DNA from: Azolla caroliniana
Taxonomy: Eukaryota; Plantae; Polypodiophyta
Length of the DNA stretch: 64,000 nt
Direction of reading: 5' to 3'
Assembly: GCA_043228905.1 (NCBI GenBank)
Contig: JBHGNT010000017.1
Coordinates: forward strand, 11,656,001-11,720,000
Positions 26,801 through 39,301 of the stretch are shown here, one piece after another. The position numbers and the translations under genes were made by a program. Under the pieces are notes generated by a model that was not told the origin of the DNA, ran no database searches, and saw only the letters and a list, made by a program, of their open reading frames with translations. Each line of letters starts with the position of its first letter. Within the stretch, counting starts at the first letter, position 1.

Positions 26801-27332
26801 GGTCCAGAGTCGGAGGCAAGTACCAGGACGTGGACTCATTAAACACAATGTCGCGGCTCACACGCGCTTGTTTGGTGCGTGGGTTATAACACTAATAACC
26901 CTTCTGCTCATTCGAGTAACTGACCAAGATACATTTCTCGGCCTTTGCGTCCAGCTTCCTCCGTTTCTCCTTCGGCACATGCACATACGCAATGCTACCG
27001 AAAACTCGTAAGTGTCGCAAGTTCGGCTTCGTTCTGAAATATACCTCGTGCGCCGACACTTTTTCTCTAATCCGATTTTGGATGTATACCATGGTCCTTA
27101 CACCACCTCGGCCCAATAGAACATGGGCAAGCTCTTCTCCTCCAGCATTTCCTGTGCCGCTTCCACAACCGACCGATTTTTCCTCTCGGCCACACCATTT
27201 TGCTCCGGCGTGTATCTACAACTGACTTCACGCCGAATTCCCATTTGTTGTAGATAACCGTTGAATTGACCAGAAAAATATTCTTTTTCGCCATCCGACC
27301 GCAGGCACCTGATCTTTCTTCCTGTTTCTATT

Positions 27333-29812
27333 TGTATTTATCCTTAGGGCCGGACAATGGCCTAACACAGGGTGTCTACGGAAGACACTTCACCAAAGGG
27401 GTGTTACGACGAGATAACTCAAGACACAACGATTAATCAGACTTAATTGGCTACTTAGCAATATGGCATTAACTTAATACATGCGTAAGATATAACAATT
27501 AATATAGAATGGTAATCAATACGTGAAGATAAAACAAGAAGCTTACATTAACTCTCCGTTAAAGTTTTACATTGTAATCGGGCCTTTATATAGGTCACCG
27601 ATGTTGCGTACAAAACGGTGCCAACCGGCACCTGTTCGGAACCGGTCCGGATCCGGATCGACATACCGATTCCAGTCCGTCCGTTCACTACTTAGTTATA
27701 ATCTATTCCAAATAACCATTCCCTTTCACATTCTGGTCTTTAACTCTTTTGCCGGCCGGGTAACACATGGCACGCCCGTGGGACAGTACCTTGTACGTCG
27801 AATCCCACTATCCAGCCCTTAGCTGTCATCCAAGATATCCTGAATACTCTGCTCCAGGGTGTCCAATGGTTCTTCAGAACTCTGTTGTTGCTGTTGTTGT
27901 TGCTGTGGTTGTTGCTGCGTCTAACGGTTGTGGCGGTACTTCCTCCGTCAGCTGCTCTGCCGGAATTGACTCCGGTAGACTCGTCCCGGCCTTGTCTCTA
28001 TCCGGTCCTTGCCCCGGTGATGGCTCCTCATCGGCTTCCGGTACTGACGGTTGTGGCGGTACTTCCTCCGTCAGCTGCTCTGCCGGAATTGACTCCGGTA
28101 GACTCGTCCCGGCCTTGTCTCTATCCGGTCCTTGCCCCGGTGATGGCTCCTCATCGCTGAGGTTGACAGTCGCCACCTGCTTTGCTTCTTCTCTCCGTAG
28201 CGTGGTCCGCTCATAGCTTTCAAACTGGATTTGAGCATCCAGTCGATCATCGTCTAGCTGTGCTACCAGTTGTCGGACTACTGCTGATTGTTACTCCGCC
28301 AGAGTTACAAAGTCTTCTACTAACTCATCTCTTACGGTGGTGAAGTCCTCTTTTGTTAGCATGTAGAAGTCGTCGCCATTCTTCTGCCGGTTTTCTGCGT
28401 CCGCCCTTAGCAACTGGAGCTCGGCTGTGTGCTTTGCCCATTTGTCCCACCATTGCGCGGAGCTTTCGTCAATCAAGCGTTTGGTCTTGTTCCTCCAGGC
28501 CTGGACAATGAACTGGATCCGTTCCAATCCCATCTTTGATTTGTCCTCCGCGGCTTGCCATTCGTCCTTCAATTGCTTGATAAGCGCCATCGTATCCATC
28601 TCTTGCTCCCGATAATGTGACAATTGGTTTTGATAGGTGTTCTGCAACCTCTGCAATACCATTGTCGCTCTTTCCTTCTCTTCATAATGTTGCTTATGGA
28701 GCTCCATACGTTCTCGCGCGGCTTCCTCTAGCAACATGAGTCTTTCAGCCCGTTCCTCCGCTAGCGCCGTCTCAACTCGATGCACCTCCTGCCAGAGCTC
28801 TACCGTCTTCTCCTGCAGTTTCTTATGCTCCGTATCTAGGTGCTTGTAGTCCCAGTGCAGGTGCTCAAAATCATCGGTCTTCTGCTTCAGCTTCTGGTTG
28901 AGTTGCCGGCAAGCGCGGTCTTCCCGATCCTTCTATTGACAGAGTTCTTCTTTAAGTCTTTCGATCTTTGTTTCCGCCATCCGTCGTAGCTTCTCCTTTT
29001 CTTGCAGCGCCTTCTCTTTCTCCTCCTTCAGTTGGTCATATGCCTGTTGTCCTTTCCATAGATTCTCTTCTGCCCGGCGGAGGTTCTCAGCAGTCTTTCT
29101 TTGCTCTTCTTCTACCGCTTTCTTCAAGTCCCGTTCTTGGGTTCATAATGCTTCTTGTGCGGCCAATTAAGCAAGTTCTTTTGCTTGCGATGCCACTATC
29201 TCCGGGACTGCTTCCGTCTCCAGGGTCTTATTGCTATGTACAGGTGCCAGAGTTTCTTTATTCTATACATCTACCGGAGTCACGAGTGCTTGGAGTTGTG
29301 GTCCGGTTAAGGCCAATTTGGCCAATTCTTCTGTGTCCAGGTTCAAGTCTTGTTCTAGGCTCCGGATCCTTGACCAGGCCGTCTCTAGTTCTCCAATTGT
29401 GACGAGCAACCGGTCCATCTGCGCTTTCTCTTCCGCCTCTATGTAGTGCACCACTCCGGCAATATGTTCTCCAATCCACTAGAGCCATTGGCTGTCGGTG
29501 CCCTATTGTTGCATCTACCCAGAGGGTTGGCTGTTGGTGTCGCTGGCCAGTGGTCGGTTTTGTCCGGTTGCGTCGAGCTGCAACTCTGTCTCTAGTTGGT
29601 GACCACTTTGTCGTTCTGGTTCCAGTTGCGGCTCCGTTGGACGCTCCGCCTTTGATTGCTCTTGACCTGTCGGTGGGGTAGGCAACTGTACTTCCAGCGC
29701 TTGCATTTCGGGTCTTGCCGTATCTTGACCCGTCGGTTTAGTTTGTTGTGCAGGGAGCTCTGTGACCGGTTCTGTCCGAACCGGTTCTGGTTCCATCCTT
29801 GGTGCGGGATGC
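27333..29812 (-). mobile_element. 3' fragment of gypsy family A (extra coiled-coil ORF and 3' LTR 27333-27765) in the integrase of copia E
   Basis: LTR is the reverse complement of the 47851-48292 LTR. ORF pieces (VHYIEAEEKAQMDRLLV..., KAVEEEQRKTAENL...) match 60870-61686 and 62190-64000. Contains an in-frame 123-bp duplication at 27924-28155. Confidence 0.92.
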
Positions 29813-30291
29813 AACCGGTTTAGGGTTTACGAACCCTTTGAGGTCCCGGAAACAGTCGAAGACTTCGCTCTTCCTCTCAATGAGATAGATCCACGTGTGT
29901 CGTGTGTAGTCATCGATGAAGCAGACGAAATATCGGCTCCCGCCAAGACTAACGTTTTCTGCTGGCCCCCACACATCGGAGTGTAACAAGTCGAGCTTGT
30001 TCCGTCACCGGTTACGCTCGTTGGGGAAAGGAAGTCGGTGTTGCTTCCCAAGCTGGCAGGCTTCACAAATTTGTGCCTTCCGGCCACTAAATTTTGGCAA
30101 TCCGAACACCACTTGTTTCGATTGCAAGTCTTGAAGCCGTCAGTAGTTGATGTGGCCTATCCGCTTGTGCCATAAGTCGATATCTGACTCGACCTTTTGT
30201 CCCTTCGTGAACATTGCAGTGCCACCGTCAGTAGAGTCGAGGATGAGCATCCTCCCATCTCTACGCCCTTGCACAATAACACGGCCTTCTT

Positions 30292-33200
30292 TATTATAGA
30301 TCTAGGTACTAAAGTAAGCTTAAGATAAGGATAAAGAAATGAAAGATACAAAGGAGAAAGAGAAAGAAGGGTGCCGATCCACCCGACCACCCCCGAGCGA
30401 AGGGATCGAGACGGACTCGAGCCTCGATCGGCGTCCCATACCACCGCCGTGGCATCGAGTCGTACCTGGTGCTGGCGCGCTCGCTACAAGAGTTGACCCA
30501 CCACACGAGCAGAGTCTCGATGTAGTTCAAAAGATGATCAAATGAGGGTAGCTAGGCCTCTTATTTATAGCGATACCCAAGGCCCCCAGGCAAGTTCACA
30601 CTTGACCTAATGGGTTGTCTCAATCCCGAGGATTAAAAGTAATCCTCCCCTTCTTTACACTCTCGTTTAACCCTCACACTTATCCACGTGTATAGAATAC
30701 TACGGTAAATTCTTACCACGGGATATTATATGGTCATGCCCGTAACATACTCCCCCTCTTTTGAACATTGCACTCTTGCAATGGAAAGTTAGGGAAGTTA
30801 GTTCTAAGAGTATTTTCGCGTTCCCATGTGGCATCTTATATTGATTTATCCATCCATTTTATTTTAAATTCTCGGATTTCTTTAGTACGTAATTTTTTTG
30901 TTTTAACATCGAGAATTCTTTCTGGTACATGTGGTCTAGAAGATAATTCTTCAGAAGTAACCAGAGTTTCTGTCGTACCTGTATTGTCGCCAGAACCTAG
31001 AAGTTCTTTTAGACGACTCACATGAAAGACTTGATGAATTCCGACACCATCGGGAAGAGCGAGACGACAGGCTGATGACCCAATGCGTTTGAGGACTGTA
31101 AATGGTCCACAAAACCGTGGGGCTAACTTAGCGCACTTACCCGTAGACAATGTCTTAGAATTGTGAGGTACACGTAAAAATACCTTCTGTCCAGGGTTGA
31201 ATACACGAGGTTGCCTATGATGATTGGCATAAAAACGCGCTCTATCTTGAGCTTTTTTTATATTATCTCGTGCAATATGCAACATATCTTGCATATCCCG
31301 AAGAAAGTTTTGCGTACTTCGCAACTCATCATGATGTATAGTAACATCAGTCGGGGCTCGTGGCTGAAAACCATACATCAACATAAAAGGACTATATCCC
31401 GTCGACGTATGCTTGGAGCTGTTATAAGCAAACTCCAAAATTGGGAGATAACGTTCCCATTTTGTTGGTTTTGCACCAACGTATGCTCGAAGCATGTCCT
31501 CAATAATTTGATTTACTCGTTCTGTCTGTCCATCGGATTGAGGATGATCCGTGGAGCTCATGCTCAACGTAGTTTCTAACTTCTTAAAGACTTGTGTCCA
31601 GAAGTCACTAGTAAACTTTGGATCTCGATCACTTACGATATCCATCGGTAACCCATAAAAACGAAACAATTCGTCAACGAATTGGTAAGCCAATTCAGGA
31701 GCTGTTACCATGGTTTTAGTAGCAATAAATCTGGCCATTTTAGTTAGTCGATCGACGACAACCCATATGGCATCATGACCTTTTTGGGTGCGAGGAAGGC
31801 TAACAATAAAATCCATGGATATACTTTCCCACTTATTATTGGGAATGTCCAAGGGATGTAAAAGTCCTGCGGCTTTAAGTCGCTCGGCTTTGTTAACCTG
31901 ACACTGGTGACATTTAGTCACATAGCTATGTATGTTAGGACGCATCTTAGGCCAATAAAATTGAGTGGAGATGAGAACGAGTGTACGATGTATTCCAGGG
32001 TGCCCTGTTGAGGGTGCATCATGGCATTCAAAAAGAATCCTCTTTTTGACCTCGGGTAAATCTGGAACACAAACCTTCCCATTACGGTAGAGCAAACCGT
32101 TAGCAATGTGGAAGTATTCCTTCGAGGATGTGGTGGTGTCTGTTCCAGACTCAACTCTTGCCCAGTATTTTGCGAAATAACTGTCATCAGGATACTTTCC
32201 TCGAAGGTGATCATAAAGATCTGATGATATTTCAGTGAAGCTAAGCGTGTTAACTTCACGGATGCGACTTAGTGCATCAGCGACAATGTTCATGGAACCT
32301 TTACGATATCGTATGGAAAAATCAAAGTCCTGGATGAGATCAGCCCATCGTGCCTTACGACCTTTCAGGTCTTGTTGGTCACAAAAATATTTCAAGGACT
32401 CGTGGTCCGTAGTTACCACAAAGTGATTTCCATAAAGATTATGGCGCCATGTTTTGAGCGCATGTATAGCTGCAAATAATTCCTTTTCTTGAACAGTATA
32501 CCGACATTGAGCAGAATCAAGTTTCTTACTCTCGAATGCTATTGGTTTACCATCTTGATATAAGACAACACCTATAGCATAATCGCTTGCATCGGTTTCA
32601 ACCTCAAAAGGTTTTGAAGGATCGGGTAAAAGAAGTGAAGGAGCCTTGCAAACCAGGTCCTTGAGTTCCTTAAAGGCAAAGTCTAGTGTAGCATTCCACA
32701 CAATAGGTTTAGTAGACTTACACGTTTGACCTTTTAAAAGATCAGTAAACGGCGTCGTCAATTGGGAGTAATTACGAAGAGACTTTCGCAAAAACCCCAC
32801 AAAACCAAGGAATGATCGAACTTCTCGAATATTCCGAAGAGTGGGCCAAAGCTTGATTTTCTCAATGCGAGAAGGATCAATTTCAACTCCTCGTTCGGTT
32901 ATGAGATGTCCTAGATAAGTAATTGACCTCTTACGCATACGAGACCAAACGCATATCGTTTACAACAAATCAAGGTATTAAACTCGTACGCATATGTATG
33001 TTCGTGAACGTAATACGTAATTGAGGTATTAACCTCGTACGCATACGACACTCATCACATATTATTAATATGTTAAACGAGGTATTGACCTCGTGCACAT
33101 ATGTAAACGTTTTAGATAATCAATTAAAGACCACTACAACATCATTGACTTAATGAAAAAAATTACATATAAACTAAACACATGATTAGATGGGAGAAGA

Positions 33201-33805
33201 GAGAATAGAAAGAAAAATTATGGAAAGAGTTACCGAAGTTCTTTGTTGATCGTTGTCTGGATCAAGGCCAACCGCACAACGATCGATCAGCATCAATCAA
33301 AAGACAAATGAAAAACAAAGAAACATTAGTACAAAAATCTGATACCAAATATTATAGATCTAGGTACTAAAGTAAGCTTAAGATAAGGATAAAGAAATGA
33401 AAGATAGAAAGGAGAAAGAGAAAGAAGGGTGCCGATCCACCCGACCACCCCCGAGCGAAGGGATCGAGACGGACTCGAGCCTCGATCGGCGTCCCATACC
33501 ACCGCCGTGGCGTCGAGTCGTACCTGGTGCTGGCGCGCTCGCTACAAGAGTTGACCCACCACACGAGCAGAGTCTCAATGTAGTTCAAAAGATGATCAAA
33601 TGAGGGTAGCTAGGCCTCTTATTTATAGCGATACCCAAGACCCCCAGGCAAGTTCACACTTGACCTAATGGGTTGTCTCAATCCCGAGGATTAAAAGTAA
33701 TCCTCCCCTTCTTTACACTCTCGTTTAACCCTCACACTTATCCACGTGTATAGAATACTACGGTAAATTCTTACCACGGGATATTATATGGTCATGCCCG
33801 TAACA
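30292..33805 (-). mobile_element. Chromovirus-type Ty3/gypsy element F, internally deleted (no gag, PR or most of RT)
   Basis: 456-bp LTRs 30292-30747 and 33350-33805 (4 mismatches seen), TSD ttctt, PBS tggtatcaga, PPT aaaagagggggag. Confidence 0.95.
30836..32938 (-). CDS. RT thumb-RNase H-integrase-chromodomain ORF of element F (700 aa, stop inside the chromodomain)
   Basis: ITYLGH, ETDASDYAIG, HDAPSTGHPG...CHQCQ, SMDFI, VSDRD, DGQTER, KLAPRFCGPF, PERILD...FKIKW then stop then DATWE. Confidence 0.88.
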   Translation of the reverse strand: MRKRSITYLGHLITERGVEIDPSRIEKIKLWPTLRNIREVRSFLGFVGFLRKSLRNYSQLTTPFTDLLKGQTCKSTKPIVWNATLDFAFKELKDLVCKAPSLLLPDPSKPFEVETDASDYAIGVVLYQDGKPIAFESKKLDSAQCRYTVQEKELFAAIHALKTWRHNLYGNHFVVTTDHESLKYFCDQQDLKGRKARWADLIQDFDFSIRYRKGSMNIVADALSRIREVNTLSFTEISSDLYDHLRGKYPDDSYFAKYWARVESGTDTTTSSKEYFHIANGLLYRNGKVCVPDLPEVKKRILFECHDAPSTGHPGIHRTLVLISTQFYWPKMRPNIHSYVTKCHQCQVNKAERLKAAGLLHPLDIPNNKWESISMDFIVSLPRTQKGHDAIWVVVDRLTKMARFIATKTMVTAPELAYQFVDELFRFYGLPMDIVSDRDPKFTSDFWTQVFKKLETTLSMSSTDHPQSDGQTERVNQIIEDMLRAYVGAKPTKWERYLPILEFAYNSSKHTSTGYSPFMLMYGFQPRAPTDVTIHHDELRSTQNFLRDMQDMLHIARDNIKKAQDRARFYANHHRQPRVFNPGQKVFLRVPHNSKTLSTGKCAKLAPRFCGPFTVLKRIGSSACRLALPDGVGIHQVFHVSRLKELLGSGDNTGTTETLVTSEELSSRPHVPERILDVKTKKLRTKEIREFKIKWMDKSI

Positions 33806-34329
33806 TTCTTCCTCAATGAAGCACCCGAGGTGTGTAAACTGGACCTCCATCCCTTGGTCGACGATCTGTCCGACCGACACCAAGTTCTTCGTGATTGTCG
33901 GAACGTGTAGCACGTTCATGAGTTTCCCTTTCTACCCGACGTGGCTCAGGGGAACTTCTTCGACATTCGTGATCAGGTGCGGAGTGTCGTCTCCGGTTGC
34001 GACTACTCTCGGTTGCATCGGTTTTTCTAGGTACGAGAACCACTCCTTATGGCTCATCATGTGATTTGACGCGCCGGAGTTGACGTACCACACCTTGTCC
34101 AATTTCGGAGTGGTCGGCTTCATTGAATTTGCTTCGTGTCTCGTCACGAAGGCAGGCCCTTTTCCGGATCCTTCGGCGCAGTGCGATAACTGTCGGTTTC
34201 CTTTGTCGGTATGTCCGGAACTAGATCCGGAGCTGGTCCTCTCTGACTCGGCGCGCTTTTTCCAGCACTTGCTCTCTCTGTGGCCTTTCTTGCCATAGTA
34301 CTAGCATTCCGTGGCGGGTTTCCCTTGCC

Positions 34330-34732
34330 GGTTCTCATCGCCTCGACTCCCCCTGTTTCCGGAGGGTTCGGAATTGCTGTCGGCATCATTTCGGTGCCTC
34401 CTTCCTTGATCTCGTCAGCCGCCTCCATTGCGCACATACTCGCCTCGTCCTCCACGTCCACGGGTCCTATCTCCCTCCGTGTACAGCATCTTGATGTTGG
34501 TGTGCATGCTCGTTGACACACCCGCGTGGTTCTCATCGCCTCGACTCCCCCTGTTTCCGGAGGGTTCGGAATTGCTGTCGGCATCATTTCGGTGCCTCCT
34601 TCCTTGATCTCGTCAGCCGCCTCCATTGCGCACATACTCGCCTCGTCCTCCACGTCCACGGGTCCTATCTCCCTCCGTGTACAGCATCTTGATGTTGGTG
34701 TGCATGCTCGTTGACACACCCGCGTGGTTCTC
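34330..34732. repeat. 198-bp tandem duplication in copia E gag, bounded by ggttctc microhomology
   Basis: ggttctc at 34330, 34528 and 34726. The two units look identical, 66 codons in frame. Confidence 0.93.
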
Positions 34733-35795
34733 CTCTACCAGGAGCATCGACTGTAAGTCAAAAAAGGATGGGGTATTCTCCCGGGTACACATAGCAGTTC
34801 GGAACGCCCCGAACTTCGACGCCAAACCCCCGAGACAAATCTAGAACATCTCGCTTTCCTCAATGTTCGCATCGATGGAAGCTAAGGAGTCGCATATGTC
34901 CTTGATCTTCGAGGTATAGTCAGCCATCGACAAATCACGTTGTCGTAGGTTGCTCAACTCTTGTCGGAGCTGAAGCTTCCTGGCTGTGGTGCTCGCGGCG
35001 AAGATCTTCTTCAGATTTTCCCATGCACCCTTCGGCGGTTTTGCATCCCGAACGTAACTTAATAATTGTTCGCCCACACAAGACGCGAAACAGTACAACA
35101 CTCTGTTCGCTGATTGTTCCCACGGCGGGAAGTCTTTGTGTGTCAATTCGGGTGCCGCGTCATTCGCTCCTTCAACATAGCTCCAGTAACCATGCCCAAG
35201 CAGGTATTGGTGCATCTTGTAGGACCAAGAGGCGTAGTTGGTTCTGTCGAGCTTCTCCATCGAAAGCGAGCTAGCCATTCCTCTGTCCATCGGTTTCTTG
35301 TTCTTCTTCGTTGGTTTTTCCTTCAAGCAAAGTCGGCTGCAGAGGTTCTCAACCCTCGCGCTCTGATACCATGAAAAGAATGGCGTGCGGAAGCAATATA
35401 GGAAACCGAACAACAAAAAACACAGGTTTAATGGAAAGCTTAGGTTGCACAATACGCACGAGAGAGAGAGAGAGAGAGAGTAAACACCAGAACTCTATTC
35501 AAAAATAATACTCAATCTATACATCGTGTGTGTTCAATGAACACTTTTATACAAGTCCTTTTCGGACTGACAGAAGTACTAACAATACTTCAATGCTCAT
35601 TAAGGAGCCCCTACACTAACTCCCAAATATATTCCTTGCGGAATATCTTGCCGATGGCCTCACGGTTTCTGCATCGATCCGGCCTTTCTACGCATCGGTC
35701 TACGTACCGGTATCCAACCAATCGGTCCCAACCGATCCGGTCCTCGGCTTGCTCAGCCGATCCGGCTGATGTTGAGCTTGTCTCTCAACATGTCA

Positions 35796-36990
35796 TATGG
35801 GCCACACGCCGTCAATTAGTAGTGCAATCATTTATGATCACTCGCCCGTCTCATTAAAAGGTGTGATGCCCTTCTTTATGAGCTTGCATAACTTGTGGCA
35901 TACAACTGTTGCAATGGTCAATTTGCATCTTAGTAAGGTCTTCATCGAGATAGATAGGGTCCCCACCCAATCCTCGAAGAATTGGTCTCTTCTTAAAGAA
36001 GGTGATTCTAGAGTCTAAGTCTCTAAATTGAAGGACTAAGGCTCTCTTCCTAGTTGTGTCATGTCCCGCCCTCCATGCTTTGGTGATAGGTAGGGCCTCT
36101 GTATACCCTAACATGTTCCCAAGTGTTTGTGCATCCTCATCTGGGGATGCACCTTCTTTGAGCCCAGTGACACATACATTTAAGCGTCGGGCCTAACGCA
36201 TTTTCTCTTCTTCAAGGGTGGTATTAACAATATTTTCATCTTTTATTTCTTTTTTAATGTTTCTTTTAACCACGTCTACCCAACCCGTTTTAGCTAACTC
36301 TATGTTATTTTTAACTTCCTCTTTAACTTCTTTAATCTCGTCCTTTATATCCTCTATGGAGGATATTTCACCGTCCTCTCGAGATACCTCGATGTCATTA
36401 AGTTGTTTTTTAAGGTTGGTGTTTTCCACTTTAAGTTTTTCTATTTCGGCCTTGAGGGCGTCTTTTTCCTCTCTATCTTTTTTCTTGTGGGTTTCGCCAT
36501 CTTTCACCCATTTTTTCATATCCGTCTCTACTTTTGTTAAACGATTCAACATATCTAAAAAGTCCTCCTTACTTATACCCTCGTCTTGTGTATCCTTATG
36601 TTCCTTAGTTCGTTTAAACGTCATTGTGGTGTCAATAAAAAAATAAATGGGTTCGAAACTTTGTTGAGTTTGTGTGTATGTCGCAATCACATCGGCATGT
36701 TGTAGCACGCGACGATGTAGCATGCAACAAGCACACCAAAAGAATCCACCCACCGATGTGCCAAGAAAAACGGCACTCGACAACGTCAAGAAATGAAAGA
36801 GAAGAAACACACCACGACAGTGACGACGACGGCGATAGTCGTCAAACGACAGTGACAATCGTTAGACGACAGCGATAGCAGCAGGAGATGGCGATGATAG
36901 TAGACGGCAGCAATCGTCAAACGACGGCAACAGCTGACGGTGACGGCAGTAGACGACGACGGCAGTAGACAACAACGACAACAACACCAG
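35796..36990 (-). mobile_element. LINE ORF1 (coiled coil plus RRM-like region) and putative 5' UTR
   Basis: ORF 36193-36858 has heptad-rich sequence and WVDVVK, continues past a stop into RLNVCVTGLKE, then LVLQFRD...IYLDEDLT (35854-36114). Abuts the ORF2 ATG once copia E is removed. Confidence 0.82.
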
Positions 36991-37003
36991 AAAGAGCCAT
37001 TAC

Positions 37004-37006
<3 letters not shown>

Positions 37007-37051
<45 letters not shown>
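37007..37051. repeat. (AG)n microsatellite
   Basis: Pure AG run. A similar run lies at ~39269-39298. Confidence 0.97.
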
Positions 37052-37053
<2 letters not shown>

Positions 37054-37169
37054 CATTAGAAACTAATTCATATTAAGAAACTTAAAAGGTAATACAAAAA
37101 AATGGTCGATGTGGCAAACTAGTTTCACTCCAAAGGAGCTCATCAATGCACAGGACCATGTAGAAATTG

Positions 37170-38350
37170 AGGGGTTTATATAGGGAAGATAAGGGAGGTG
37201 TGTGTGTGTGTGTTCAAATTTTATGATGTGGGAGTTAGGGGGGGTGATGTATTTGGTGTGGGGTACAAGATTTTTTGGGGGTTATTTGAGTGTGAGAGAA
37301 TGAGAGAGAGGGGGGAGAAAAGAGTGTGTGATGTGGGAGTTAGGGAGGGTGATGTATAGTGGTGGGTAGGAAAAGATTTGATGGAGATCTTTGAAGAAAT
37401 GAAGGGGGTATGAGAAGGGAGGGTGAGGGGGGAGGGGTAGTAAGTAAAATTGAGAAGAAGGGGAGGGGAGGGTAGAGTGGAAATTAAAGTGAAGTAGGAA
37501 AGGATTTAGAAGAATAAAATGGGGAGGGGTAGAATAAGATTCAAGAGAGAATGGGGGTGGGGGGGGCGTAAGGAAACAAAAATTAGAAATAAGGGGGGAG
37601 GGGTAGAATAAAATTACCGAGAGAGGGAGGAGAGTGGGAATATGAAAATAGGAGGGAGGGGTAAAAGGAGAAAATTAACAAAGTGAAAAGGAGAGGGAGT
37701 AGAAATAGGAGGTAGAACTCACGTGGGTAGTGGTAGAGTGAAATTAGTAAGAGGGAGGGGTAGAAAGTTAAAGGAGGGTAGAATGAATTTTAGAAAAGGA
37801 GGGGTAGAGCGAATTTGTTAGAAGGAGGGAGGGATAAAGTGACAAATTAGAAAGAAAAGGGGAAGGCTAGGTGAAAAAAAAAAGTTTTACCGGGGGAAGG
37901 GTATACTAAAATTAGAAGTGGGAGGGGTATACTAAGAGTAGAGTGAAATTTTAGAAAGGAAACGCGGGGTAGACTGAAAATGTAACATTGAATGAAATTA
38001 AAAAAAAGGTGGAGAAATATGAGAGTAGAGTGTGACAAAATAGAAATGAAAGGGGGAGGGGTAGACAGAGACTTAGAACTAAATAAGGAGAGGTAGAGAA
38101 TGAAAATTAAGTGGAAGGAGGGGTGAAAAAAGACATTAAACAAAATTATAGGGGGTAGGGTATTTTAACAATTTATTAAGTTAAAAAGATGGGAGTAATG
38201 GTTTATCAAGGATATAGGTGAGAAACTGAGGATAGGGGTGGAGGCGTGTGTATAGTAGGGCAACATAAAGGTGTAGTGTGGGGATTAATATAATGGTCGG
38301 CTACCACATGCAATCCCAAGCTTAAAATTATGGGGGGAAGGGGTGAGTAT
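37170..38350 (+). repeat. Purine-rich low-complexity tract with recurring GGGAGGGGTAGAA-like motifs
   Basis: Plus strand nearly lacks C, many G-runs, no credible ORF. Confidence 0.75.
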
Positions 38351-39265
38351 ATATAACAAAATGTTGATCGAGGTCCAATGGCCATAAATTTGAAGAAGAG
38401 GATGGTGAATGGATGTCGAAAGGCTAGGAAGTGCCGATGATGCCATCACAAACGCCATCCACGCTAAATGAGGGAACTCGACACAAAATGGATACTCGAG
38501 GGGTGTCGATAATATGCCACCATGGGTTCACTTCTCAATTTCCTATGAATTATGAGTTTTATGACCACAAGGTCGTAACAAGGAGTGTCAATGGTAATCA
38601 CACGGCAGCTATGAGTAGGTTGACACAAAGACGGAGATAGATGTACAAAGAATGTATATAAGTCAAATAAATGAAAGGTGGTGGCAAATATTGCAACAAG
38701 CATTCTCGTATGCCATTTCGTGCATAGGTATTCATGCGGAGAGTCATGTTTGGTGGGCTCCCATTAAGTTCAACCTTAAAGAGACGAGGACTAGGGTTAG
38801 GTACATGCTTCTTTTCCACTATTCAATTGGAGGACAACATACAAGTGCATATTGGAGTTTTTGGATGTTGGAGCATGCGGGGCTCATTTCTTCAAGTGCA
38901 TATTCAGGTTTTTTAATAACGTTACTTGATGTCCATCTCCCTACATAGGTAGGTAGGGGAGACTAAGAAGTAGTGACAAGTGGATTTTTACATACAATTA
39001 ATATAATGTTGTGCTTTTACACACACACACACAGATCATATTACAAATTGAAAGTATTGAAGGTTATAGCATGATTGGAATATGCGCTCTATTTTCATGT
39101 TTGATGGAAGATTCGGAGTATGTGGCAAATGTGGATGATGGTAGCTCACGTGGGAACTATTTCTTTGTGTGAGTATTCAACTTGGGAATGTCCCTCTCTC
39201 TATGTAAGGAGGGAGGGCAATAATATTTAATGGTTTTTACATACAATTAATTTAATTATCTGGTT

Positions 39266-39301
<36 letters not shown>

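Larger units (their letters stand above)
23889..35790 (-). mobile_element. Ty1/copia element E (same family as D), carrying two nested gypsy insertions
   Basis: LTRs 23889-24291 and 35372-35790, TSD tgtca (23884-23888 and 35791-35795), iMet PBS 35360-35371, PPT 24292-24300. Internal pieces 24292-27332, ~29826-30291, 33806-35371 are homologous to D. Confidence 0.96.

Noticed and set aside
38652-38948. 98-aa Trp-rich ORF as a host gene
   Set aside because: No recognisable family, splice structure or promoter context.
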